Origin: Microcoleus sp.
Lineage (GTDB): Bacteria; Cyanobacteriota; Cyanobacteriia; Cyanobacteriales; Microcoleaceae
Length of the DNA stretch: 64,000 nt
Reading direction: 5' to 3'
NCBI GenBank assembly: GCA_052279835.1
Contig: CP181291.1
Span: 2,368,001 to 2,432,000 of the forward strand
In this document: positions 23,701-32,149 of the stretch, in pieces
Layout: each line of letters starts with the position of its first letter
Position numbering within the stretch: the first letter of the stretch is position 1
The notes under the pieces: generated by a model
Told to the model about the DNA's origin: nothing
The model's database searches: none
Seen by the model: only the letters and a program-made list of their open reading frames with translations
Translations under genes and position numbers: made by a program

Positions 23701-24561
23701 AATGACAACGACGATATCATCGGCGGTGGCAGTGGCAACGATACCCTGTTGGCTGGTAAGGGTAATGACTTAGTTTATGGTGGCAAAGATGCTGACATAA
23801 TGTGGGGCGAACTGGGCGCTGACACTCTAGTCGGCGATGACGGGGATGATTCCCTTTATGGTGGTTTACAAAACCCGTTAGTTAGTGATGTTGATGGCCG
23901 CGACTTATTGTTTGGCGGAGATGGGAATGATTTTCTCGATGGTGGAGATAGTTCTGATTCTTTGGATGGTGGTTTTGGTAACGATTTTGTTCGTGGTGGA
24001 AACGATGATGATTTGGTCGATGGAAATGCTGGAGACGATTTAATTTACGGTGATAATGGGAGCGATATTTTATGTGGCGATGATGGTAATGATACTATTT
24101 TTGGGGATGAGGGCGACAACGGGGAATCTGTAAGTGCGATCGGGCAACAAGACTGCATCAACGGCGGCAGTGGCGATGACTTGCTTTATGGCAATCAGGG
24201 GCAAGATATTCTGAACGGTGATGAGGGTAACGATACTGTTTACGGAGGAAAAGATAGCGATATTCTTAACGGAGGTGCAGGAGATGACTGGTTGTTTGGT
24301 GATGGCGGAGATGATACTTTGATTGGCGGTGTTGGGGGCGATCGCTTTATGTTAAGTGCTAACAGCGGTATCGATACTGTGCTCAATTTTGAAGTAGGAG
24401 TTGACAAGTTTGCTCTGACTGGGGGGTTGAGTTTTTCACAATTGCAAGTTGCTCAAACTGGCAATGAATTTTTGCTGCAAGTAGCTGGAACTAATCAAGT
24501 TTTGGCTAAGGTAATTGGGGCTAATAGTTTGATTACTGCTTCGGATTTCTTGGCGGTTTAA
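17746..24561 (+). CDS. Large secreted/surface protein: DUF4347, legume-lectin-like domain, DUF11 Ig-like repeats, cadherin-like repeats, Pro/Thr linker, RTX Ca-binding repeats
   Basis: SHG...LLLGCSIA...ASDDLTGSAALGGDWELE (DUF4347); GADGISFFL...YLGVGLDEFGN...FGFAAATGG (lectin-like); ADLVTTKTG...NKGPS...DPDLSNN (DUF11); many GGxGxD repeats; no obvious N-terminal signal peptide (type I secretion substrate inferred). Confidence 0.9.
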   Translation: MKSIYTTLSTTQNLGKDTNFVGNHRSHPVKNLLIVDTKVENSDSLAKGATEGTEVFMLDPHLDGVKQITRILANWRDLESLQIVSHGQEGRLQVGSIELNRNNIESYSDLLQQWGKSLSERGDILLLGCSIAAGKSGQAFLGRLSEITGADIAASDDLTGSAALGGDWELEFAIGNIEASIAIDRQVQQEYSGILGTLVSETFKNDTVIGPWIYRGTNGTLYDPTIPITRQMVPGITGGTISGVIPALGGDTPGNGVLRLTPSIRRQEAFVLYDKAIPATEGLKVTFDFFAYNTVAAEDGTLFGADGISFFLVDGTATPTKAGGFGGSLGYAQNTSSTPVSAGISGGYLGVGLDEFGNYSNPTAGRVGGTGFSPDSVGIRGSEKNSYQFLTNASIAIGIDNKDTTIRSVAKRSVQITLFPVRSATPNRLSVGFDLNGDGVFDAGETVIDIPDLKAINGEVPSTLKFGFAAATGGNTNIHELNNVIVESINELTLTADLSVVKTGPVSAKVGETVSYTIATANKGPYPAEGVTITDSIIPGLTGVTASDGGTYDAVTGIVTWKPVAIDNGATVTRTVGVVMPATLSAISNTARSSAVTTDPDLSNNNGTDPKAKVSTTIGAVADLVTTKTGSTSSQAGETVSYTIATVNKGPSPATGVTITDSIIPGLTGVTASDGGTYDAVTGIVTFPTVAIDNGATITRTVGIVVPGTLSAISNTARSSAVTTDPDLSNNNGTDPKAKVSTTIGAVADLVTTKTGSTSSQAGETVSYTIATVNKGPSPATGVTITDSIIPGLTGVTASDGGTYDAVTGIVTFPTVAIDNGATITRTVGIVVPGTLSAISNTARSSAVTTDPDLSNNNGTDPKAKVSTTIGAVADLVTTKTGSTSSQAGETVSYTIATANKGPSPATGVTITDSIIPGLTGVTASDGGTYDPVTGIVTFPTVAIDNGATITRTVGIVLPATLSAISNTARSSAVTTDPDLSNNNGTDLKAKVSTTIAAVADLVTTKSGVTSASPGQSVTYTITTGNIGPSDASNVVISDSIVPGLTGVVVSNEGTYDAVSGLVNFPAIAKVSRGETITRTVSLVVPDSGSISNVASSKSTTADLNLSNNDGSSATAKVTTSVVAGPTIPTADLVTTKTGLTSATVGSSVTYTINTSNKGPDAAVGVAIADSIVPGLTGVKVSDEGTYDPVSGIVTFPAISSLPSGENVNRFVTLVVPETGIKNTASSRSTTTDPNLNNNNGSEPNATVITTLTPTAPTNQSPIADKNTTIILPKNTIAIGGLGGSDPDGTVVSFTVNTLPPTNQGVLFLGNPDRGGVPVKAGQVLTPAQISQLFFQSAGTFTGASFSYSSQDDRGSSSQAAVVSLALPQFNEPPVAANTNTAVTPNAVVKLAGLGAKDVDDAIASYTIDTLPLNSQGILFLGDPAQGGVAITAGQVLNPDQINQLFFQATGTFAGASLTYSAKDSRGALNLTPATASLFLPVVNQPPVTNNSSVSLLPETTVKVPGLGGKDPDGEIVSYTVNTVLPPKEGTLFLGDPTQGGVPIASNQVLTPSQITEVFVQSSSGFTGAVVTYTAKDNTGDISPTVGIVSTTLPKITPTTPTPAPTPTPAPVPVPTPTPEPVPITTPTPAPEPITTPTPAPEPITTPAPAPEPITTPTPAPVPITTPTPAPVPTSTSTIVVTPVSEPDTGCGCQPLPVLPGITFTQAQPAPILNFDSNAAESIDINNTVFGTAGNDYLTGSDANEMFVAVLGDDTVLGEGGSDIVFGDREQDFIAAGWGNDIVYAGKESDIVFGGKNADRIFGDRNSDTLYGDRGPDTIVGDNGNSVDLTGNDGDLIFGGEGADAIAGNQGTDTVYGGKGADIAYGGIENDVIWGDRGADTLLGDNGDDSLFGGVLNALAKDSQGRDWLFGGDGNDLLNGQDNDDTLLGGSGRDLVFGGKGGDRIFGEGDSDTLYGGLGSDTILGDYGKAVDSTIATSEGDLIFGNDNDDIIGGGSGNDTLLAGKGNDLVYGGKDADIMWGELGADTLVGDDGDDSLYGGLQNPLVSDVDGRDLLFGGDGNDFLDGGDSSDSLDGGFGNDFVRGGNDDDLVDGNAGDDLIYGDNGSDILCGDDGNDTIFGDEGDNGESVSAIGQQDCINGGSGDDLLYGNQGQDILNGDEGNDTVYGGKDSDILNGGAGDDWLFGDGGDDTLIGGVGGDRFMLSANSGIDTVLNFEVGVDKFALTGGLSFSQLQVAQTGNEFLLQVAGTNQVLAKVIGANSLITASDFLAV
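19231..20760 (+). repeat. Near-identical 378-bp (126-aa) intragenic DUF11 tandem repeats
   Basis: AACGGTACGGACCCCAAGG at 19561, 19939 and 20317 gives a period of 378; four near-identical units followed by two diverged ones. Confidence 0.9.
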
Positions 24562-24580
24562 GTGTCATGCTTGCATAGTC

Positions 24581-24696
24581 ATGATTAAACCGCGAAGACG
24601 CGAAGAGCACGAAGTTAGAATTGCATCTTCTTCTCCCTTGGGGGGGGCAGGGGGGGTTCTTCCTTCGCGTCCTTCGCGCCTTCGCGGTTAAATCAT
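24581..24696. repeat. MITE-like inverted repeat (AACCGCGAAG.CGCGAAG family)
   Basis: ATGATTAAACCGCGAAGACGCGAAGAGCACGAAG is imperfectly complementary to CTTCGCGTCCTTCGCGCCTTCGCGGTTAAATCAT; the same motif recurs at 27948-27975 and 60517-60543. Confidence 0.75.
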
Positions 24697-24726
24697 TCCG
24701 ATACAACCGGAATTAATCTTACTCCC

Positions 24727-25200
24727 TCAAAATGCCCCCCAGTAAATTGAAGACTCCCCCCTCGAATTTTTGGGCAATGTATTAATATTATTTTCTTGAT
24801 TTTCCGATTTAGTATCACTAACAACCGATGGTAAAGACCTAATGCGTAACTCGTCTAGTAAACTATTAATCATACTCGGTTTAGCATCAATTATGCTGGC
24901 TAGTGGCAGCAAATTTTTCACCCCATATTCTCCGAGTCTAACATTGACGCTTTCTGCTAAAAAGCAGAGCATAATATATCTGTTAGCGCTGCTGATAATA
25001 TGAAAAATTTTATTAAGTTCCTCGAAGTGTTGAGTACCCGGTATATCTGTCGCAATTAGGGTTTCATAGCTCAAAAATAAATCTACATTAATTTGACTAG
25101 CGGCCGAAACTTTAGCTTTAGCCAGCCAGATTAAATCTAAAATTGGTTCGGATTCGCGATCGTGAAAAATCAACCGCTTCAAACCAGATATAAATTCCGA
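24727..25200 (-). pseudogene. Probable out-of-frame C-terminal remnant of the sacsin-like gene
   Basis: An open frame (SEFISGLKRLIFHD...) overlaps the tail of the 906-aa ORF and has no convincing start of its own. Confidence 0.45.
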
Positions 25201-27838
25201 TGCGTAAAATCCGTAAACTACCTGCAATGTCTGGCGGTTCATATCCGTCGCCAGGAAGGTAGACATTTTCACTATTGAGAGAAACTATTTCGCCGGAGGT
25301 TGTGGGGTAAATTGGCAGTTGGCGCAGCTTATTTTGCCTAGTTTCATCGTAATTTCTTTGCTCTGGATTTGCCAGGAAATTCAGCAGATGCGTATAATGC
25401 TGTTCGTTGTAAGCTGGCAAACCCCGATCGCACCGCGAATATACTGTGTCTAGAATATCCGGGCCTGTGATAGCATAGACTAACTGATTTTTGTGGCGAT
25501 CGGCAAACAGTGCGATCGCGCCTTCAAGTTTTGCCGGTGCTTTGACGATTGTCGCCCCAAAATACTGCACCGCTGCAATTGTTTCCGCCTCAATTTTATC
25601 GTCGCGCAACAAAGGAGTATCAGAACATCCTCCTTTATAAAGCTTACCATGATTTCCCGGAACCAGCGCTACTTTTTTCAAGTTTTCGACGGTTTCTTGC
25701 GACAGATGTCTGGGATGAATATTGTAAAAATATTGATAAACTAAAGTCAACCATTCTGCATTAGGAGGATGCGTTGCATCGGGATTCCAATCAATTTCTG
25801 ACTGACTTGAACCAATGACATTCACCAACTTCTTTGCTACTTCCGCAGCACTCATGGTTGAGATGCCATTTAGATTGTATCCCGGCAATAATTTAGTTAA
25901 ATCTTGGTGCAGAAACCATTTTGGATAATGGCTAAATATCTTCCTCTGCGCCTCATCTGCAATGTAGATAGTGCCGATCGCATTATACCCAAATACCTGC
26001 AAAGTATTGTCAGCCAGAATCGCTAACGGCAAACCGCGCAAATCTTGGCATTTATCGCTGAGACAATAGCGCAACATATTCCCAATCCATTGGCGATTTC
26101 GCAGGCTGGCTTTCGGTGCATCCGACAGCGAAACCCCTAGGGATTTATTTTCGGTTAAGTGCTTTCGCAAATTGGTAGCAGTGAATGTTGGCAAAGGCAA
26201 ACCAGCATCTTTAAAAGCAGCTAAAATCGAATCGGGCAAGGGCGGATTGGGAATATCAATATTATCGGCACACAGCGGTGCTAATAATTCATCCCACCAC
26301 TTTTTTGAGGGTAGATTTTGAACTGTCGGAGGTGTCACCCATCTTGTCTCGTTAATTTGACCTTCAGTTACAATATGTTTGACAGCCGATCGCACAACTT
26401 GCTTGTGGTACAATAACTGCATCACAAAGTTGTGCAACTCTTCCAGAGCTTTGCTAGTAGTGATTTTGCAAATCGGCCAAAAATTGTAAAACTCCTCTGC
26501 TTGAAACCGTCCGATATCTTGTACTAAATCGACAATTAAGTTAGCATAAGCATGAGCCAAAACATGGCGCGCCAGTAGCTGATTCCAAATAGCTCTAGGT
26601 CGGTCTTTTCCCGTTTGTCCGCTGTCGCTGCTGAGGTTATCCCGCGAACTATTTAAGTTGAAAAAACCGTTGATGTGCACCGGCAAACCAGTTTCCAGAG
26701 GAAGCGGCAAAAAACAGTAAACTTTGCCGGAAAATAGCGGGATACTTCCCTCGGTACTAGCAGCACTAATTCTAGCAGCAGCACCGGCCCAAGGCACTAC
26801 TTTCTCTTGACTTTGGTGCATGGATGTGATATTATGTGCCAAATCGCCACCTTCGTCGGTGCGAATTAAACTGACTATTCTCCAAGTAGACTTGATAGTG
26901 CGATCGCCACTAATCGTTTCTATCTCATGGCGGTAAGAAACTGAGGCTAAACCATCAGGATTGCGGCTGCACAATTCCAGTAACTTGTCTGGAGTATCGG
27001 GAATTGCATCCAGGAGTTTTTGTCGCGCCTCTCGGACTTCTAGGGGATTTTTGGTCAAAATTGCCAGAATCTCTTGTCTGGTTTCTTGACTGTTTGCCGG
27101 AATTTCATAAACTCTAATTTCCTGAACAGATTTCAAAAACAGCAAAAGTTCTTCACCAGACTGTCTCAATTCATCTAGCAGTTCCTTGACGTTTGATTCA
27201 GTAAAAGCTTGTTTACGAATCTCGCTATTTTTGGCGCTTTCTATTGTTCGTAGCGGCAGGCGAAACAGAGTACCTTGAAAGTTATTATCTCCAAAGGGCA
27301 ATCCTCCCGCTGCGTAGACTTGCATAAAATCGGGATATTTTTCGTACCATTTCGCCTCTGCCAAATTCCACTCACGCCCAGGTTCTTGCCGAGAAGTTCC
27401 CGGAATCGCCGCCCCGTGAGGGTCAAAAAAAATCAGGCGATCGCGCGACACAAAACTGGGAAAATCTGTAACATGATAAATTGCATTAAAACCGACGCCA
27501 AACCTACCCGTTTTCTGCAAGTCTCCTGCTTTTTCGCTTTGTCCCAAACTGCGAATGCTGTCAAAATCTTTGTCTGTAAACACGCGATCGTTGTAGACTA
27601 ACATCGCCGGCCCCATTAACCGTACCATGCGATCGTCGGGCAATTCTTTGACTTCATGGTTTCGCCAATCGAGGGTTATTTCTACTCGCGTGGCTTTCGC
27701 ATCGTCAGCATTTTGAATTAACTCCTTGAGAATCCCCACACCTTCGGGATAATCGCGGATAATTCCCCTCAATCTGGCGATTAAAGGTTCCGATTGATAG
27801 AAAGATTTTCCCTCAAGTTTGCTGTTACTGTAAGCCAT
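25118..27838 (-). CDS. Sacsin-like N-terminal GHKL/HSP90-type ATPase protein, probably truncated
   Basis: ILKELIQNADDAKA, YNDRVFT, TGRFGVGFNAIYHVTD, GTLFRLPLR, YCFLPLP..TGLPVHINGFF...SSR are sacsin repeat motifs; the C-terminus ends abruptly. Confidence 0.85.
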   Translation of the reverse strand: MAYSNSKLEGKSFYQSEPLIARLRGIIRDYPEGVGILKELIQNADDAKATRVEITLDWRNHEVKELPDDRMVRLMGPAMLVYNDRVFTDKDFDSIRSLGQSEKAGDLQKTGRFGVGFNAIYHVTDFPSFVSRDRLIFFDPHGAAIPGTSRQEPGREWNLAEAKWYEKYPDFMQVYAAGGLPFGDNNFQGTLFRLPLRTIESAKNSEIRKQAFTESNVKELLDELRQSGEELLLFLKSVQEIRVYEIPANSQETRQEILAILTKNPLEVREARQKLLDAIPDTPDKLLELCSRNPDGLASVSYRHEIETISGDRTIKSTWRIVSLIRTDEGGDLAHNITSMHQSQEKVVPWAGAAARISAASTEGSIPLFSGKVYCFLPLPLETGLPVHINGFFNLNSSRDNLSSDSGQTGKDRPRAIWNQLLARHVLAHAYANLIVDLVQDIGRFQAEEFYNFWPICKITTSKALEELHNFVMQLLYHKQVVRSAVKHIVTEGQINETRWVTPPTVQNLPSKKWWDELLAPLCADNIDIPNPPLPDSILAAFKDAGLPLPTFTATNLRKHLTENKSLGVSLSDAPKASLRNRQWIGNMLRYCLSDKCQDLRGLPLAILADNTLQVFGYNAIGTIYIADEAQRKIFSHYPKWFLHQDLTKLLPGYNLNGISTMSAAEVAKKLVNVIGSSQSEIDWNPDATHPPNAEWLTLVYQYFYNIHPRHLSQETVENLKKVALVPGNHGKLYKGGCSDTPLLRDDKIEAETIAAVQYFGATIVKAPAKLEGAIALFADRHKNQLVYAITGPDILDTVYSRCDRGLPAYNEQHYTHLLNFLANPEQRNYDETRQNKLRQLPIYPTTSGEIVSLNSENVYLPGDGYEPPDIAGSLRILRIGIYIWFEAVDFSRSRIRTNFRFNLAG

Positions 27839-27922
27839 AGGGGTTCTGACGGCAGGATTTTTTTAGGCGATCGCGATTCCGATTATAGCAATTTAATCCG
27901 TCGTGGCACATATCTCCTTCCC

Positions 27923-27975
27923 CCCTTGGGGGACAGGGCGGGTTCTTCCTTCGCGTTCTTCGCGCCTTCGCGGTT
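27923..27975. repeat. Dispersed repeat, direct copy of 24635-24689
   Basis: CCCTTGGGGG..CAGGG.GGGTTCTTCCTTCGCGT.CTTCGCGCCTTCGCGGTT at both positions. Confidence 0.8.
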
Positions 27976-28006
27976 CATTTAATCTTATATAGTTTAAGGA
28001 GCAGCC

Positions 28007-28792
28007 ATGCAATACCAAAAATTTTGGCAACACTTACAAAAATTGACTCTTAATTCTCTAGCACCCCGATTGTTAGCCAGCTTGTCCCTGAGTCTGAATC
28101 TAGCCGTCGCCACCGCAGTTTTGATGCCAATCGGACAACAACAAGCCACCGCTTCCACTGTTCCCCTTTGGCAATTCGATCCAGCCACCAATGAGTTAAT
28201 AATTAGCCTCCCAGAGGGCATAACTCCCAAATATTCTGTATTAAACTCCAATCAAATTGCTGTGGATTTGCCTAATACTGAAATTTCAGTAGATGCAACT
28301 CAGTTATATCCAAAAGGATTAGTAAGTTCTGTGGGAATAAGTCAAATTCAACCGGGAAGGGTGAGAATTGTGATGGAGTTAGCACGAGGATTTGCTGTCA
28401 GGCCCGATCGCACTCAATTCCAAAAAATTGGGGCCGCCAATCGCTGGGTGTTAGTGCCCGCCATCGCCCCAAGTGCGATCGCCAACACCAGGGAAACCAC
28501 AACCCCGTCAGCTACAGCCATAGCACAGCCCCAGCCCACAAAAACTCCCAACTCGGCGCCCACTCCAGAACCTGTTGCACCAAGTGCGATCGCCACTCCA
28601 ACTTACGATCGCCCTCCCGCCCAACAAACAACCCAAAATGACCAAATTCGACCCATAACAGTGCCTTTAGTGAGGGTAGCAGTGGAGGAACGGCGGGGGA
28701 TACGTGTAGCTCCCACACCGCGTCCTGCTGCACGCTCGGAGGGGATAATCAACTTTGGCGAACCGCTACCCAATACGGATCGGATTAATTGA
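28007..28792 (+). CDS. AMIN-domain protein with signal peptide and Pro-rich tail
   Basis: Hydrophobic leader, then WQFDPATNEL...IAVDLPNT...ISQIQPGRVRIVMEL (AMIN); C-terminal IINFGEPLP. Confidence 0.8.
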   Translation: MQYQKFWQHLQKLTLNSLAPRLLASLSLSLNLAVATAVLMPIGQQQATASTVPLWQFDPATNELIISLPEGITPKYSVLNSNQIAVDLPNTEISVDATQLYPKGLVSSVGISQIQPGRVRIVMELARGFAVRPDRTQFQKIGAANRWVLVPAIAPSAIANTRETTTPSATAIAQPQPTKTPNSAPTPEPVAPSAIATPTYDRPPAQQTTQNDQIRPITVPLVRVAVEERRGIRVAPTPRPAARSEGIINFGEPLPNTDRIN

Positions 28793-29021
28793 ACCCCCTG
28801 TTGCCGTGTTCCCGGTTAAATCATCTGACAGTGCCACGGGATTTGATATGATATCAATTCCGGTTGCACTCTCAGGTGATTGTTGACTGTTGACTGTTTT
28901 ATCATTCCGATGCCACCGGAAACGATAGGATGCGTCCTAGCCTGCCCAACAATAAGCTCTAGACTTTTAAAACAATCCACAAGTCTCCAGGACCGGACTT
29001 GACCTAACATTAAAAAACATT

Positions 29022-30005
29022 ATGTTTCCCACACACCGTCCCCGCCGCCTCCGCAACCATCCCCAACTCCGCCGGATGGTGCGCGAAAACATCTTGACAA
29101 CCAATGATTTAATTTACCCCCTATTTGCCGTACCGGGGGAAGGTTTTGCTAAAGAAGTCACATCAATGCCAGGAGTTTACCAGCTCTCGATCGACAAAAT
29201 TGTCGAAGAAGCAAAAGAAGTTTACGACCTCGGCATTCCGGCAATTATTTTATTCGGAATTCCCGCGGATAAAGACACAGACGCCACCGGTGCTTGGCAC
29301 GATTGCGGCATCGTCCAAAAAGCGACAACAGCAGTCAAAGAAGCAGTACCAGATTTAATCGTCATGGTCGATACTTGTCTGTGCGAATATACCAGTCACG
29401 GCCACTGTGGCTATTTGCAAGTCGGGGATTTAACTGGTCGTGTTTTGAATGACCCAACCCTAGAATTGCTCAAGAAGACAGCGGTTGCTCAAGCTAAAGC
29501 CGGTGCAGATATTATCGCACCTTCTGGGATGATGGACGGTTTTGTCGGAGCAATTCGGGAAGGATTGGACGATGCTGGATTTGAAGATATTCCCATCATG
29601 TCCTACGCGGCAAAATATGCTTCCGCTTATTATGGCCCGTTCAGAGATGCGGCGGATTCTGCACCCCAATTTGGCGATCGACGTACCTATCAAATGGACC
29701 CCGGAAATGGTCGTGAAGCTCTCAAAGAAATTGCTCTCGATATTGCCGAAGGTGCGGATATGCTCATGGTTAAACCTGCTTTAGCCTATATGGATATCAT
29801 CTGGCGCGTTAAGGAAGCAACTAATCTGCCAGTTGCAGCTTACAACGTTTCTGGAGAATATGCGATGGTGAAAGCCGCTGCTCTCAATGGTTGGATAGAT
29901 GAAGAAAGAGTAGTGATGGAAACTTTGACAGGATTCAAACGTGCTGGTACTGATTTGATTTTAACTTATCACGCCAAAGATGCCGCCCGCTGGTTAAAAG
30001 GCTGA
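29022..30005 (+). CDS. hemB: Porphobilinogen synthase (ALA dehydratase)
   Basis: [55 protein letters not shown]. Confidence 0.98.
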   Translation: MFPTHRPRRLRNHPQLRRMVRENILTTNDLIYPLFAVPGEGFAKEVTSMPGVYQLSIDKIVEEAKEVYDLGIPAIILFGIPADKDTDATGAWHDCGIVQKATTAVKEAVPDLIVMVDTCLCEYTSHGHCGYLQVGDLTGRVLNDPTLELLKKTAVAQAKAGADIIAPSGMMDGFVGAIREGLDDAGFEDIPIMSYAAKYASAYYGPFRDAADSAPQFGDRRTYQMDPGNGREALKEIALDIAEGADMLMVKPALAYMDIIWRVKEATNLPVAAYNVSGEYAMVKAAALNGWIDEERVVMETLTGFKRAGTDLILTYHAKDAARWLKG

Positions 30006-30121
30006 GGAAATCTCCCGGGTTAATACCCTGTCGTAGTTGAAGCGTGGAAGGGCTACCCAACCTACTTCATCTATTGGAAAAAGGTTATATAGACTTTCTC
30101 AGACACTGGGAGGGCCGGCAC

Positions 30122-30215
30122 GGGGGCACGGCCCCTACAAGCGAAGGAAACCGCCCTGGGCGGCACGGCTGTTTCATTGTCCAGCCAACGATGATTCTGT
30201 AGGGGCCGTGCCCCC
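30122..30215. repeat. REPIN-like pair of GTAG-type palindromic repeats
   Basis: Perfect 18-bp inverted repeat GGGGGCACGGCCCCTACA (30122-30139) / TGTAGGGGCCGTGCCCCC (30198-30215). Confidence 0.75.
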
Positions 30216-30452
30216 CGCCTACCCCCCTCACTAACAACGCTTGAAAATCGCCTTAATAGCCTTGGCGGTGGCTATTTAGGCGACTTCTATACATCCAGAG
30301 GGGCGACTTTACACAAAAAGTTACCGCTCTGATAGCGATCGCATTTTCTCAGTAAAAAGTATTAATGATTACCGAAATTAGTCAGATAATATGGGTGAAT
30401 TAATTTATGTTTGTATGTTTAGAATTAAATACAATTTGCAGGCAGATTTAGA

Positions 30453-30944
30453 ATGACACAAACGACTAGAGATTCGAGTCACATTCAATTTTGCATAGGT
30501 CACGATCGAGTAGACCTCGAACAACTTCAACATCTATTTAAAGTAGCTGCATTTTGGGCTAGGGAACGCAAGATAGAAGATTGGAAAATCGCGATCGCCA
30601 ATAGCGAACCAGTTGTCACCGTCTGGGATGGCGAAAGGGCGATCGGTTTTGCCAGAGCCACATCAGACGGCATCTATCGAGCTACCATTTGGGATGTTGC
30701 CATTCACCCAGATTACCAAGGTGCAGGACTGGGACGCAAATTAGTCCAAACAGTTTTAAGTCATCCTCGAATGAGCCGAGTAGAGCGAGTTTACTTGATG
30801 ACAACTTACAAACAAAGCTTCTACGAGCGCATCGGTTTTCAGCATAACGCCAGCACGACAATGGTACTCGAAAATCTGCCCTTAGAAGAGAATGTCGAAT
30901 TAGAAATTAGACAGGGAGAATTGGTAATTGGACATCGGCCCTAG
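30453..30944 (+). CDS. GNAT family N-acetyltransferase
   Basis: IGFARATSDG..RATIWDVAIHPDYQGAGLGRKL acetyl-CoA binding motif; FYERIGF. Confidence 0.92.
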   Translation: MTQTTRDSSHIQFCIGHDRVDLEQLQHLFKVAAFWARERKIEDWKIAIANSEPVVTVWDGERAIGFARATSDGIYRATIWDVAIHPDYQGAGLGRKLVQTVLSHPRMSRVERVYLMTTYKQSFYERIGFQHNASTTMVLENLPLEENVELEIRQGELVIGHRP

Positions 30945-31027
30945 GGCATAGGACTCTAGCCTGGTGGAGGGATGGGGTATTGGGCATCGGGCATCAATAT
31001 CCAATTCTCTCCCTCTCCCTTCTCCCC

Positions 31028-31960
31028 TCAAATAGTTGCTAAAGGAATAGAACATTGAGTCCGAGTGAAATTGGACTCTTCAGTCTCAGAAGGAACTGCC
31101 AGAACCTCTAAACGCCCGTTCATTAAACTTAGCAGCGTCTGATCCATCAATAACCTCATTCCCGAAGACACTTTAACTGGATCGGTGCTCTTATTATCTG
31201 TCTCCAAATCGTGCTTTAATAAATCCCAAGACTCACTCCAAGCACTGATTGAACGCTGATCGTCTACCCAAATGTTAACGTAGCCAGATTCCGGTGAAGG
31301 GTGTGCCGAAACAAAAATACTCCCCTCTTCCATTTCCGCAATAGCAGTATCTATCAAATTGACTAACACTTGCCTAAATCTGGGAAAATCAACCAATACA
31401 TAAATTTCCGGATCGGGCGGGGATATTTCGAGGCGAATGCTGCGGTTAGCTGCTTGTAAGTAAGTTAAATCATCCACTTCATCAAATATTTTAGCTAACT
31501 GAATCGGCTCAATATCCATCGTCTCAGTGCCATGTTCAGTTTTAGCAACAAAGATAATTTGATCGATCAATTTCACTAACTTGAGTGCCGCTATGTGAGC
31601 TTGTTCGACAAACTCCCGTTCTTCAGCAGGATCGTCGCACAAATCCGACATAATTAATTGCAGTGTGCCAATCATACTACTCAGTGGCGATCGCAATTCG
31701 TGAGAAGTCCTAGCCAAAAAACCAGCCTTAAATTGACTCATTTCCGATGCCATCTGATAAGCCAATTGAGTTTGCTTCAGTTGGTCAGAAATGGCATCAA
31801 ACTTCTCTAAATAAATCTCTTGAGGATTTGACTGCTGGTGGGGTGCAGGTTCTAGCGGTTCCGAGCTCTTGGGCCTCGGACGCCAGATCAAATTGCTTCC
31901 CAAACCAAGTCCCAGCCCCATTCCTATATATATCAATTCGCTCCAGCCCATCAGCGCCAT
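31028..31960 (-). CDS. Membrane-anchored HisKA protein with a degenerate HATPase domain
   Basis: N-terminal hydrophobic segment; FLARTSHELRSPL H-box; N and G boxes degenerate (NLIDTAI, VDDQ, SSGMRL). Confidence 0.8.
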   Translation of the reverse strand: MALMGWSELIYIGMGLGLGLGSNLIWRPRPKSSEPLEPAPHQQSNPQEIYLEKFDAISDQLKQTQLAYQMASEMSQFKAGFLARTSHELRSPLSSMIGTLQLIMSDLCDDPAEEREFVEQAHIAALKLVKLIDQIIFVAKTEHGTETMDIEPIQLAKIFDEVDDLTYLQAANRSIRLEISPPDPEIYVLVDFPRFRQVLVNLIDTAIAEMEEGSIFVSAHPSPESGYVNIWVDDQRSISAWSESWDLLKHDLETDNKSTDPVKVSSGMRLLMDQTLLSLMNGRLEVLAVPSETEESNFTRTQCSIPLATI

Positions 31961-32149
31961 ATCACTTTGCCTTCGAGTTTAGCTATTTCGCGCCTCGCCC
32001 TCGCGCGACATCCGATCGAGGATTTGCCGGTGGGATAAAGGCTAGTAAAAACTTTCACACGATCCTAGCGTCTTTCTGCATAGCAGGAACAGGTAGGAGG
32101 GTATTTGATTTTTTACCAAGATTTAATTTAAGTGCCTGTTTTTCGGTCA

